A DNA stretch of 64,000 nucleotides from a virus. A program made the position numbers and the translations under genes. The notes under the pieces are model-generated. The model had not been told where the DNA came from, did no database searches, and worked only from the letters and a program-made list of their open reading frames with translations. The stretch covers positions 1 through 64,000 of the IMG/VR virus record IMGVR_UViG_3300025018_000113. The stretch is one strand, 5' to 3'. Below are positions 39,125 to 48,925 of the stretch, piece after piece (the stretch's first letter is position 1; the number at the start of each line of letters is the position of its first letter).

Positions 39125-39915
39125 TTGTCTATTGTGCTGTTTTTGATAACGGTAAAAAATATTTTGGATGCACAACAGCAACTTTGAAGAAGCGTTCAAA
39201 TGAGCATATCAGGCAAGCCAAACGTGGTGCTGGTTCATTTTTCCATCAAGCACTTAGAGAAAATGAATTCAAGTGTAAGTGGAAAACTGTAAAAATGTGC
39301 AGTTCAAAAGAAGAAATGTTTCAAGCTGAAAAAAATTTCATAAAGCGACACAAATCAAACAACCCATTACACGGTTACAATCGAACAGCTGGTGGTGAGT
39401 TTGGCCATTGCGGTTCTGTTATTACAGAAAAAAGAAGGCTGTCTTCAAAACTTGTTTCCACCAATCTTTGGAAAGATGGAAAAATGAATCACTTAAAAAG
39501 AAAACTTCTAAACTTAAATACTGGTGAAGTTTACGATTCTGTTGCTGATGCTTCAAAACAATTGAATGTTTCAGTTTCATCAATAATTACTTGTATAAAA
39601 AAGAAGCGCATGGTTGGTAAGAAGTATTTTTTAATTGATTTCAAGGAAAATATTTCCATTGAAAAAGAATTAAATAAAATCAAAGCCGTTATTCAAGACA
39701 GACAGGACAAAAAAGCAAAGAAGTTTAGTTTTCCAGTGATGTGCTTAAACAATAAAAAAGTTTACGCATCATACAAAGAAGCATCAAAAGATTTGAAAAT
39801 AAGTGATGCTGGAATTTGTAGGGCCTTAAAGGAACAAAGGCCAGTGTGTGGGTTTACATTCAAATTAGTCAAGGAAGACAAAACAAATGAGCGTAAAAAT
39901 TTCACCAGAACTTAA
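39121..39915 (+). CDS. GIY-YIG homing endonuclease with NUMOD1-like repeats
   Basis: IVY...KYFGCT, R..EH, E..FI, GYNRTAGG; two YDS/YAS..AS..L HTH repeats. Confidence 0.85.
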   Translation: MIVYCAVFDNGKKYFGCTTATLKKRSNEHIRQAKRGAGSFFHQALRENEFKCKWKTVKMCSSKEEMFQAEKNFIKRHKSNNPLHGYNRTAGGEFGHCGSVITEKRRLSSKLVSTNLWKDGKMNHLKRKLLNLNTGEVYDSVADASKQLNVSVSSIITCIKKKRMVGKKYFLIDFKENISIEKELNKIKAVIQDRQDKKAKKFSFPVMCLNNKKVYASYKEASKDLKISDAGICRALKEQRPVCGFTFKLVKEDKTNERKNFTRT

Positions 39916-40324
39916 ATGGGTGATTCCTTACCTTAAACGTGCAAGCAAAATTGTTCCAGTTGAACAACTTGAAAAAATCATTGCCGTGAAACCCAGGTTG
40001 GAACAAATTCAACACTGTCACGCACAGTTGGTGACTGAAACAAACACCCACACCAACCAAGTAAAAAGGCGTTACATTTCCCTGAACTTATATTATGTCA
40101 AATCACATCAGCTGAAACCATTAAAAAGGAAGAAGGTTCCTTTCAGTAAAATTGACTTGCTTGAAACATTGGCCCATGAGTTGGCCCACTTGATTGATGT
40201 CAAACACACACCAAAGCATAAGAAGCTTGAAAACAGGTTGTGTTCTATTTTTATGACCATGCTGGAACAAACAGGCTATGTTTCAGAAGAATATGAAATG
40301 AAACATTCAAGACCACGCTTCTAA
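39887..40324 (+). CDS. HExxH zinc metalloprotease-like protein
   Basis: LAHELAHL...H. Confidence 0.6.
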   Translation: MSVKISPELKWVIPYLKRASKIVPVEQLEKIIAVKPRLEQIQHCHAQLVTETNTHTNQVKRRYISLNLYYVKSHQLKPLKRKKVPFSKIDLLETLAHELAHLIDVKHTPKHKKLENRLCSIFMTMLEQTGYVSEEYEMKHSRPRF

Positions 40325-40433
40325 ATTTCTTACCACATTGTAGTAAAAACAGGCACTTAGATAGTGTCTTTTTTATTGTTCTATTTCCTACAATGTAGTA
40401 AGATAGTATTAAGAAACAAACTAAGGGGCAACC

Positions 40434-40658
40434 ATGCAAATCACAAACGTGCAAGAACACAAACACCTTACAGCAACAGAAAGAAAAGCAATTGTTGCGA
40501 TTCTTGAAGCTGGTTTGATGGAAGGCAAGGTTGGCCGTAAAGTTTTCAGAATTACAAAATTAGAAGAAGGTTTCAAAGTTATGATTGAATCAAAAAGAAG
40601 TAATGACTATGGGAAAATGATTGATGTGACTTATTCAGCCACATTCAACGTGAAATAA
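40434..40658 (+). CDS. Hypothetical protein
   Basis: AAGGGG RBS; lies downstream of an operator pair. Confidence 0.65.
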   Translation: MQITNVQEHKHLTATERKAIVAILEAGLMEGKVGRKVFRITKLEEGFKVMIESKRSNDYGKMIDVTYSATFNVK

Positions 40659-40667
40659 GGGGGAATC

Positions 40668-41243
40668 ATGAAAACTTTAATTTTACTTTTCACGCTTTCA
40701 ATGAACGCTTTTGCTTTGACACCAGAACAGGTGAAGGCAATCAACGAACAGAACGCAAGGGCAATGGAAAACATTTATGCCAATGGTGTGAATCATGTGA
40801 ACACAGAAGCACCACAAGAAGTTGAATCAGAAGTTGTGACAAATAAGGAATTCAAAAAGATTCAAAAGGAACAAGCCAAGAAAAAAGAAAAAGTCCCATT
40901 TATTTTGAATTCCAGTGAGTATGTTAAGAACCAAACAAAGCACTTGAACAAGCAATTCAAAGTGATGGTCATTGGTGACACCATAATTGCACCAGCTGGT
41001 GACAAGAAGGCCTGTGCATTTAATTACATTCAACTGACTGATGACAGTGGCTTTGAAGCGCAAACTGGACACGGGCAATATTACATTGAAAGTTTGAAAG
41101 GTGTTGGTTGTTCCAGACTGATTGACATTCATGGTCAGGATGCGTCAAGTGTTGATTTGATTGTGAAGTTCATTGGGTTGTCACAATCACCGCAAGACCC
41201 TAAGAAGCTTGTTCCTGTTCTTGAAGTTGTAAGAGTGGACTAG
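40668..41243 (+). CDS. Secreted/periplasmic protein
   Basis: Sec signal peptide MKTLILLFTLSMNAFA with AFA cleavage site. Confidence 0.7.
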   Translation: MKTLILLFTLSMNAFALTPEQVKAINEQNARAMENIYANGVNHVNTEAPQEVESEVVTNKEFKKIQKEQAKKKEKVPFILNSSEYVKNQTKHLNKQFKVMVIGDTIIAPAGDKKACAFNYIQLTDDSGFEAQTGHGQYYIESLKGVGCSRLIDIHGQDASSVDLIVKFIGLSQSPQDPKKLVPVLEVVRVD

Positions 41244-41294
41244 GTTTGACATTGTAGTAAAAACACTTTACAGTGTAGTAATAAGGGGAATTTT

Positions 41295-41639
41295 ATGCCA
41301 GCAAAAGGATGGTTGTCTGTTCGTGACTTACCGACAACAAAAAAGAAAACAGTCAAAGAAGTCATGCAAGAATTCAACAACACCTTTCAGCTGTGTCAGC
41401 ATTGTAAAGGTCAAGGTTATACGGTTGAAAAATACGATGAATTTTATAATGGAATTTCAACTGTTCGTTTTGATGATAACCTTGACCTTAATTCATTAAA
41501 CGATGCTGGAAAATTAAACGGTGACACTGTGAAAAAGATTGTTGAAACAATCGTTCATGGAAGACAGCAATGCGACAAATGCAAGGGATTTGGATTTGTC
41601 AAAAAATCAAGGAAGACAGAACATGGAACAAAAGAATAA
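41295..41639 (+). CDS. DnaJ-type zinc-finger protein
   Basis: CQHCKGQG and CDKCKGFG (two CxxCxGxG motifs). Confidence 0.7.
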   Translation: MPAKGWLSVRDLPTTKKKTVKEVMQEFNNTFQLCQHCKGQGYTVEKYDEFYNGISTVRFDDNLDLNSLNDAGKLNGDTVKKIVETIVHGRQQCDKCKGFGFVKKSRKTEHGTKE

Positions 41640-42321
41640 TTTTTTTGAAACTGTTTTTAAGAAAGTAAAACAACACACTCTTTTCTGGTTGATGGACACA
41701 AAGTTGTGGTTCAATCTGTTGAAGTACACGGTGCCTTTTATTCGTCTTACAACTTACTATCCACACATGAAAAAACTTACATTTCAAAAACTTTACAACC
41801 AGCTTCAAGCTGGTGATTTAGTTTTTCAAGTTGACTATGACAAACTTACCACCAAAGTCATTGGTGGTGAATGGTCACACGTTGGAATTTGTGTTGATAA
41901 GGGTGAAGGGAAAATTGAAATTGTGGACATGACACATGAAGGGTTTAGAAAAACCGACTTCTTCCAGTTCTGTTCTGAAAGTTCACGTGTTGCAATTGGA
42001 AGAATTGATGACCCAAGATGGACACCAGAAGTCACCAAAGAATTTCTTGCCAATGTTTGGGAAGAAGACGGTTCAGAATATAACTGGTCATTTAGGGCAA
42101 AAGAAAAATATGACCCAAGAAAACACGGGCCAACAACAAAGAATGGTGGCAAGGTTTACAAGTTCAATTACTGTTCCCAGCTTCCAATGGTTGCTGACAA
42201 ACATGACATCATTGATGCTGACTGGGAAGATTTGGCTGGCCTTGGTGTTCCTTATATTTCACCAACTGGACTTTTCAAAGCAAGCAACATGAAGATTGTT
42301 GCTGATTCTGACACAATCTAA
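41623..42321 (+). CDS. Permuted papain-like (YiiX/YebB NlpC/P60) enzyme
   Basis: LQAGDL, WSHVGI, Y(N)W.F, YCSQL, ISP. Confidence 0.8.
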   Translation: MEQKNNFFETVFKKVKQHTLFWLMDTKLWFNLLKYTVPFIRLTTYYPHMKKLTFQKLYNQLQAGDLVFQVDYDKLTTKVIGGEWSHVGICVDKGEGKIEIVDMTHEGFRKTDFFQFCSESSRVAIGRIDDPRWTPEVTKEFLANVWEEDGSEYNWSFRAKEKYDPRKHGPTTKNGGKVYKFNYCSQLPMVADKHDIIDADWEDLAGLGVPYISPTGLFKASNMKIVADSDTI

Positions 42322-42331
42322 GGCGTAAATA

Positions 42332-43003
42332 ATGAGTGAAGAAAAAAAGAAGAAAAAGAAAAAACAGAAACCTTCAAACAAGCTGACAGCTTCCCAGCAA
42401 AGGGAACTTGAAATAAATATTAGAAGTTTGAAAGGGAAAGGTTATTCTGACATTGAAATTTTAGAAAAATTAAACATACAGCCGCACATTTATAAACAAT
42501 ACTTGGCAAGAATTCATGACATCGACAATGAAACTTTTAGGTCACTCGATTCTGTAAAAGTTTATTCAGAATTTGTGGAAAAGTCACGTGTGCTTGTGAA
42601 AGACTTGGACAAAATGCAAAAGCGTTTTGATTTCAGAAAACAGTTCACGGCACTTGTTGCGGCTATTAAGATGAAACATGACATCAACAAAGACGTTGTG
42701 AAGCTTGGCCAGCAATTAGGTTTTATTGAAAACAAGGGTGGTGAAGTCAGTGTTGAAGCTGAAATGACTTTTTCAACTATGACCACCGATGATGTGAAAC
42801 AGCAAGTGAATGATGAAGTGGCCAGACTTAATGCCATGGCAAATAAACCCATTATTGAAATGCGGCCAGAACTTCTTGCATCACTTGGTGAAGATGAAAA
42901 AAGAATAAGGAAATTTATTCCTGATAAGGTTTTAATTCCAGAAGTTGAAAAGAAAACAGAAAAGAAGACAAAAGTAAAAATAAAACTGAAAAGGAAACAA
43001 TAA
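42332..43003 (+). CDS. Putative terminase small subunit
   Basis: N-terminal HTH (GYSDIEILEKLNI), helical body, QLGFIE; located two genes upstream of TerL. Confidence 0.5.
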   Translation: MSEEKKKKKKKQKPSNKLTASQQRELEINIRSLKGKGYSDIEILEKLNIQPHIYKQYLARIHDIDNETFRSLDSVKVYSEFVEKSRVLVKDLDKMQKRFDFRKQFTALVAAIKMKHDINKDVVKLGQQLGFIENKGGEVSVEAEMTFSTMTTDDVKQQVNDEVARLNAMANKPIIEMRPELLASLGEDEKRIRKFIPDKVLIPEVEKKTEKKTKVKIKLKRKQ

Positions 43004-43848
43004 TGAAAAACTGTATTTTATATCATTCAAACTGTTATGACGGTTTTGGTTCAGCTTATTCAGCTTGGAAAAAATTCAAAGATGATGCTGTTTACATTCC
43101 GTGTTCTTACGGGATGCCTATTCCAGAAAAATACATTGAAAAAAATAAGATTTGGGAAGCTGTTTTCATTCTTGATTTCTCTTTTGATGAAAAAACACTT
43201 CTTGAATTAAAGGAACATTGTCAGAAAATAATTCTGATTGACCATCACAAAACAGCACAAGAAAAACTTGAACCGCTGAAAGGGAAATATGATTGGCTTG
43301 AAATAAACTTTGATATGAACAAGTCAGGCGCATTACTTTCATGGGAATACTTTCATGGTGATGCACATGAAGCACACATCAACCCAACTGTTCCAGCAAT
43401 CCCACAATTGATTGCACACATTTCTGACCGTGACTTATGGAAGTTTGAAATGGAAGGTTCAGAAGAAGTTCACAAAGCACTTGTTTCTTATCCAATGGAT
43501 TTTGAATTGTGGGATAAGTTTGACGTTGAAGAACTGAAAAAAGAAGGTGCTGTTCTTAAAAGAATGTATGACAACTTAGTTGACAATATTTGCAAGCACC
43601 CATTTGTGAAAAAAATTGAAGGCCATGAAGTTCCAATTGTGAACACAACAATTGCCTGGTCAGAAGTTGGTGCAAAATTACTTGAAAAATTTCCTGATGC
43701 GCCTTTTGTTGCTTCATTCACTGTCTTTGAAGACCAAGTGATGTGGTCATTGCGTTCAAGGAAAAATTTTGATGTTTCAGAAATTGCAAAAAAGTTTGGT
43801 GGCGGTGGTCACCCGCAAGCGGCTGGTTTCAAAACCGTAAAAATTTAA
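43003..43848 (+). CDS. DHH/DHHA1 phosphoesterase
   Basis: YH..C.DG, LDFS, IDHHKT, SGA, DRDLW, SLRS, GGGGHPQAAG. Confidence 0.9.
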   Translation: MKNCILYHSNCYDGFGSAYSAWKKFKDDAVYIPCSYGMPIPEKYIEKNKIWEAVFILDFSFDEKTLLELKEHCQKIILIDHHKTAQEKLEPLKGKYDWLEINFDMNKSGALLSWEYFHGDAHEAHINPTVPAIPQLIAHISDRDLWKFEMEGSEEVHKALVSYPMDFELWDKFDVEELKKEGAVLKRMYDNLVDNICKHPFVKKIEGHEVPIVNTTIAWSEVGAKLLEKFPDAPFVASFTVFEDQVMWSLRSRKNFDVSEIAKKFGGGGHPQAAGFKTVKI

Positions 43849-43861
43849 GTGGTGTGAAATA

Positions 43862-45388
43862 ATGAAAGGTGGAAATCTTATCACTGACAAGCATCATTTA
43901 GCGGCTGTCAGGGAACGACAAACAGCAATTGACCAGTTCAAGAAATTGAAGCTGACTGAAAAACATTGGTTGCGTGACCAAATCATCAATCATTCCAGAA
44001 TTGATTTGCTGATGAAAGAAGTTCTTGGTTATGACAAGCTTCAAGACTTTCACATTCTAATGTACTATCACAGGGAAAGTTCATCAGTAAGAATTGAAGA
44101 CCAGTTGTGGCACTTGGGACTTGCACCACGTGGTGGTGGTAAGTCAACAATTCTGACAATCAGTTCAATAATTTTGGATATTCTTCAAAACCCAAATATT
44201 AGAATTTTAATTGCTTCAAAAACTGACACAAACGCAATTGGATTTTTGCGAGAAATAAAACAGAAACTTGAATCACCACGTTTCATTGAAGTCTTTGGTG
44301 ATTACAAGGGTGGTCTTTGGAATGATAGTGAAATAAATATTAAGCCAAGAACATCAACATCAAAAGAACCAACCGTTTCAACGGTTGGTTACACAGGGGC
44401 ACTTGCTTCAAAACACTTTGACAAAATTTATGCTGATGACTTAGTTGATGAAGAAAATTCAAAAACAGAAGCACAACGTGAAAAACTTAGAACGTGGCTT
44501 TATAAAATTCTTCACCCAACACTTGAACCTGATGGGACAATGAACGTCATTGGAACCCGTTATCATCCTGATGATATTTATGGAACCTTGATTGACACTG
44601 TTTTCACAGTAAAGAACAAAAAAGGTAAGGTATTAAAAAAGAATTACATTAGAATTCCAGCGTTGATTCCAAAAAAGGGATGTAAAAGGTCAGCACCAGA
44701 ACATAAAAGATTCGTTTCTTTCTGGCCTGACAAATTTAGTGTGAAATTCCTGTTGAAACTTAAAAAGCAACAGGGAACAATTATTTTTAATTCCCAAATG
44801 CAAAATGACGTTGAGGCCATGAAGGGTAAAATCTTCAAAGTTGAATGGTTCAACTGGTTCAAGATGGAAGACGTTACTATCAGGGAACTTAAAATCTTTC
44901 AGGGTGTTGACCTTGCAATCAAGCAAGCTGAAAACGCTGACAAATTCGCACATTGCACAATTGGTGTTTGTCCTAAAACTTTTAATATTTATGTGCTAGA
45001 ATATTACAACAGGGTGACCCATTACACACAACAGAAGTCTGTTATTGGTGAAGCTTTCAGGAAGTATGACCCAATCAAAGTGGCCGTTGAAGCCAATGGT
45101 TACCAAAGGGCCTTACTTCAAGATATGCGTTCAGATAGTAAACTGGCCAATGTTCGTGCTGTTCCAGTGTTCACGGACACTGACAAGACAATGAGGGCCT
45201 GGAAATTGTCAGCTTACTTTGAACGGGGGCAAGTATTTTTGAAAGAAGGTATGCACGAACTTCAAGAACATTTGCTTGGTATGCCTGATGGACGTTATAA
45301 AGATTTATTCGATGCACTAGACATTGCGGTGACAACAGCGTTCAATGGAAAGAAAAAAAGAAGAACAAGTGAACCAGGCGTGATGTAA
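43862..45388 (+). CDS. terL: Terminase large subunit
   Basis: APRGGGKST, ADDLVD, IGTRYHPDD, GVDLA, VEANGYQ, DLFDAL. Confidence 0.93.
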   Translation: MKGGNLITDKHHLAAVRERQTAIDQFKKLKLTEKHWLRDQIINHSRIDLLMKEVLGYDKLQDFHILMYYHRESSSVRIEDQLWHLGLAPRGGGKSTILTISSIILDILQNPNIRILIASKTDTNAIGFLREIKQKLESPRFIEVFGDYKGGLWNDSEINIKPRTSTSKEPTVSTVGYTGALASKHFDKIYADDLVDEENSKTEAQREKLRTWLYKILHPTLEPDGTMNVIGTRYHPDDIYGTLIDTVFTVKNKKGKVLKKNYIRIPALIPKKGCKRSAPEHKRFVSFWPDKFSVKFLLKLKKQQGTIIFNSQMQNDVEAMKGKIFKVEWFNWFKMEDVTIRELKIFQGVDLAIKQAENADKFAHCTIGVCPKTFNIYVLEYYNRVTHYTQQKSVIGEAFRKYDPIKVAVEANGYQRALLQDMRSDSKLANVRAVPVFTDTDKTMRAWKLSAYFERGQVFLKEGMHELQEHLLGMPDGRYKDLFDALDIAVTTAFNGKKKRRTSEPGVM

Positions 45389-45403
45389 GGAAGGGAACAA
45401 AAT

Positions 45404-47284
45404 ATGGGAAAGAAAAGATTGATGAAACGTGGTGCCAGTAAAGTCATCACAGAAACAAGGTCAATTCCCGTTGAAGACAAGAATGGGAACAAATCAATTC
45501 TAAAAGCAACGGTGATTGGTATTGACCAGCGTAAAATTAGAAAGGAACAGTCAAGTGCCCTTTCAACTGAAACCAGTGTTGCTTTTGGAACCAACATCAT
45601 AAAGCCACCACTTTCACAGGAAGAACTTTCAGTTCTTGCAGAATATTCAAGTGAACTTGGCCCCAACATTGATGCAATGGTAATTGGGATTGAAGGTTTT
45701 GGTGCTAAGATTGAACAGAAAAAACTTACACCAGCACAAATTGAAACACACAGTGAAAAAATTGTCCATGAAAAAAGATGGTTGGAAACAAACATTCTTG
45801 AAAACCCAAACCCTGATGGTTCATTAAGAAAACTAAGAAAACAACTTTTGCGTGACAGGGAAACAACTGGGAACGCTTATCTTGAACTTATCCCAAGTTT
45901 GACTGGTTCAAAGTATGCAAGTTATAACAGAATTGAACCTTCCACAATTTGGCTGACAAAAAGTGATGACAAGTTCACAAGATTTTCCCAGAAATATATT
46001 GATGAAAGCCTACACTTAAAAGACAAAACATTCCTGAAAAGATTTAGAAGATTTGTTCAGATTGTAGGAAAGAAAAAAGTTTATTTCAAAGAATTCCGTG
46101 ACCCACGGCCTATTGATGCAAGAACAGGTGAAGTTTTGCGTTTACGTTCAAACGGTCAAGGTCAACAGGTTCCAGTTGATAAGGAAGGAAATGAAGTTCC
46201 TAAAAAGTGCCTTGCCCGTGAATTATATCATTTCAAAATTCCTACTTCCAGAAAGACACCTTATGGGATGCCACGTTTTACTGGAAATATTATTGCAATT
46301 AAAGGTTCACGTTCATCAGAAGAATCAAACATTCTGACACAACAGAATAACAATGTTCCTTCAATGGCCATTCTTGTTTCTGGTGGTATGTTGACAGAAG
46401 GTTCAATTCAACGTGTTCAGGAATTCGTTGACACGTCAATCAAAGGTGATTTGAACTATTCAAAATTTCTTTTAATTGAAGGTGAATCAGCATCGGATGC
46501 ACTTTCAGGTTCTTCTTCAATGAAGATTGACATTCAACCGCTGACAAACAATCAGCACACTGATGCACTTTGGTCAGAGTACGACAAAAACAACAACACA
46601 AAAGTAAGACGTTCTTTCAGACATTCCCCAATTCTTGTTGGACAGAATGAAGAAGCAAGCCGTGACACGGCCCAAGAAGCTGAAAGAATGTCTGAAAAAT
46701 ATGTTTACAACCCTGAACGTGAAGAACTTGATGAAGAATGGAATAAGATTCTTGTTCAGCAAGGCGTGAGATTCCACAAATTAAAAACAAGTTCACCAAA
46801 CGTCACAAATGATTCTGACCTTGTTGAAATCTTAAAGGGTGCTGAAAAAACTGGTGGTGTGACTCCAAGAATTGCACACATGATTTTGGGTGACATTCTA
46901 AACCGTGAACTTCCACCGCTTGTTGAAGATGACCCAGACTTTTCACCTGACCTTCCTTTCAGTATTTCTGTTGGAAAGTTGGCCCGTGGAATGGCAAGAA
47001 GTAACCAAGAAGGGACACTTGCACCAACTGGACAACAAGAAGGTGACAAGGGAATTGATAACAGAAATAAAATTTCACCTGGCCAAGAAGGTTACACTGA
47101 TGACTTCACAAGGCGTGTGAACGATAGAATGGATTTAGTTGATAAGCTTCATCACGAACTTGACCCACACAATACCATTGAACGTGAAGTTCTTGGTTGG
47201 ATGGAAGAAGTTCTTGATGTTGAAGGCTTTGGTGTAAATAAAAAAGACTATTTCAAGCACGGAAAATGCAACCATGACCATTGA
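45404..47284 (+). CDS. Portal protein (PBSX-like)
   Basis: TGNAYLE, ELYHFK, YGMPR, NNNVPSMAILVSGG; follows terL. Confidence 0.88.
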   Translation: MGKKRLMKRGASKVITETRSIPVEDKNGNKSILKATVIGIDQRKIRKEQSSALSTETSVAFGTNIIKPPLSQEELSVLAEYSSELGPNIDAMVIGIEGFGAKIEQKKLTPAQIETHSEKIVHEKRWLETNILENPNPDGSLRKLRKQLLRDRETTGNAYLELIPSLTGSKYASYNRIEPSTIWLTKSDDKFTRFSQKYIDESLHLKDKTFLKRFRRFVQIVGKKKVYFKEFRDPRPIDARTGEVLRLRSNGQGQQVPVDKEGNEVPKKCLARELYHFKIPTSRKTPYGMPRFTGNIIAIKGSRSSEESNILTQQNNNVPSMAILVSGGMLTEGSIQRVQEFVDTSIKGDLNYSKFLLIEGESASDALSGSSSMKIDIQPLTNNQHTDALWSEYDKNNNTKVRRSFRHSPILVGQNEEASRDTAQEAERMSEKYVYNPEREELDEEWNKILVQQGVRFHKLKTSSPNVTNDSDLVEILKGAEKTGGVTPRIAHMILGDILNRELPPLVEDDPDFSPDLPFSISVGKLARGMARSNQEGTLAPTGQQEGDKGIDNRNKISPGQEGYTDDFTRRVNDRMDLVDKLHHELDPHNTIEREVLGWMEEVLDVEGFGVNKKDYFKHGKCNHDH

Positions 47285-47675
47285 AATTCCGTGCCTGACT
47301 GGTAAACAGACACAAGCGTTGATTGAAGCGGCTGAACAGGTGGCACTTAGATTCTGTTCACCAGTTTTCTTAGTTGGAAGTGCGGTTGAAAAGATTCATC
47401 CAAATGACATTGACATTTATGTTGCAGTAAATGGACAAACTTATTTAAGACTGTTCACCAACTATGGAAGAAAAACAGAAAGTGAAAGTGACCATGTGAA
47501 GAACATGGATGATATGAAAATTCAGCAAGCAAAAATTTATAAAAAACAAAAAGATTACTTTGAGAGTAAAGTAAAAGCTTGGGATTTTGATATTAAGTTT
47601 CAAAATTTAGAACAGTTCTTGAAGCATGATGGAAAAAGAATAAGACTTGATTATATTTACTCAAACGTGTGGTAA
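47274..47675 (+). CDS. Minimal Pol-beta-family nucleotidyltransferase
   Basis: VFLVGS...DIDIYV and distal D in FDIKFQ. Confidence 0.7.
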   Translation: MTIEIPCLTGKQTQALIEAAEQVALRFCSPVFLVGSAVEKIHPNDIDIYVAVNGQTYLRLFTNYGRKTESESDHVKNMDDMKIQQAKIYKKQKDYFESKVKAWDFDIKFQNLEQFLKHDGKRIRLDYIYSNVW

Positions 47676-47678
47676 AAT

Positions 47679-48797
47679 ATGGTAAACGAAAAGTTTAAGC
47701 AAGCATTTATAAAACTTCCTTTTGAAAAGAAGGAGGCCGTTTTCAATATCCTTTCAGAGAAAGTGGAAAAGGCAAAAAACACAGCACTTCCAAAAATTGA
47801 CAGGATAGAAAAGAACTTGGCCAGGGTGCTTGCTAAGAACTGGAATGAAACGTCAACTAAGGCAATCGAAAAAGCTTTGAAGACCTTTCCAGTTGATGGA
47901 AAACCTTTCACAAAAAAAGACAGTGATAAGCTTCTGGCATCACTTGAAAAATCTTATAAAGGTATTGAAAAGAAAACTTCTAAACGTGTTGAAGATGACA
48001 TGGAAGAAGTTTATAAGCTGAATAAAATCGGCTTTGCAAAACAATTCAAACTGAACCCAAAAAAGAAAACAATGGATTTTGTTGGCCTAAAGTTTGACAA
48101 AATTTCAAAGTCAGTTGTTCCCTACATTATTGAAGTAAAATCTTTCACATGGTCAGAAGGTGTGGAAGAAATCATGAAGGCACCACCAGCATTTGGAATC
48201 AATGACCAGTATGCTTGGGAAAATTTGTCAAGGCTGGAAAACCTTGCCATTGGTGACCACTTTCCAGCTTCATTAAAACCAATCGTTGCAAACAAAATTA
48301 AAAAAGCCGTTTTAGATAAGGGTTTGAATCACGCTGATGCAAGCGTTTACCTGAAACAAGAACTGACAAAGACACTTGGTGGGAACATTAAAGGTGCCCT
48401 TCCACAAAGCATTGCCACTGGTGAAGCTTCAACATCAGCTTATTTTTCAGGGCTGACTTCAACCAATATGACATTCGCACGGAACTTTTCACAAGTTGAA
48501 TTGATGCGTGAAGTTCAAATTGGCCAAGTTATTTTTCAGGCAATTATTGACAACCTTACATCAGAAGTTTGTTCTTCAATGGATGGAAGGGTTTTCACAA
48601 TCGAGCAGGCCGTTGAACACCGTCAAAAGGTTTTAGAAGTTGAAACCGTGGCTGAATTGAAAGAAATTTCCCCTTTTACTAGAAACTTAGATGGGTTTAA
48701 TTTGAGTGACCCGAACATTCAAGATGCGCTTGCAAAGGCTGGTGTGATTATTCCACCATTGCATTTTCGATGTAGGTCAGAACTTCACCCAGCTTAA
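47679..48797 (+). CDS. Head morphogenesis protein (Mu gpF / SPP1 gp7 family)
   Basis: AIIDNLTSEVCSSMDG and PPLHFRCRS. Confidence 0.88.
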   Translation: MVNEKFKQAFIKLPFEKKEAVFNILSEKVEKAKNTALPKIDRIEKNLARVLAKNWNETSTKAIEKALKTFPVDGKPFTKKDSDKLLASLEKSYKGIEKKTSKRVEDDMEEVYKLNKIGFAKQFKLNPKKKTMDFVGLKFDKISKSVVPYIIEVKSFTWSEGVEEIMKAPPAFGINDQYAWENLSRLENLAIGDHFPASLKPIVANKIKKAVLDKGLNHADASVYLKQELTKTLGGNIKGALPQSIATGEASTSAYFSGLTSTNMTFARNFSQVELMREVQIGQVIFQAIIDNLTSEVCSSMDGRVFTIEQAVEHRQKVLEVETVAELKEISPFTRNLDGFNLSDPNIQDALAKAGVIIPPLHFRCRSELHPA

Positions 48798-48854
48798 AAT
48801 GATGCACATGGTTGATTGATTCAATCATGTAATTGAAAATTTTTTACTTTCATT

Positions 48855-48872
48855 GTATAACAAAGTATAACA
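48855..48872 (+). promoter_or_regulatory. Tandem GTATAACA motif (10-bp period)
   Basis: Also at 51672-51689, 62436-62453, and inverted at 37683-37700. Confidence 0.65.
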
Positions 48873-48925
48873 TAATAGTAAAAGACACTTTTGAAGTCAT
48901 ATAGTTTTTAAGGAAGAAAGATTCC

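Noticed and set aside
35454-41280. CRISPR array from the CTACATTGTAGTA repeats
   Set aside because: Repeats are only 11-15 bp, occur singly or in pairs kilobases apart, and no cas genes are present
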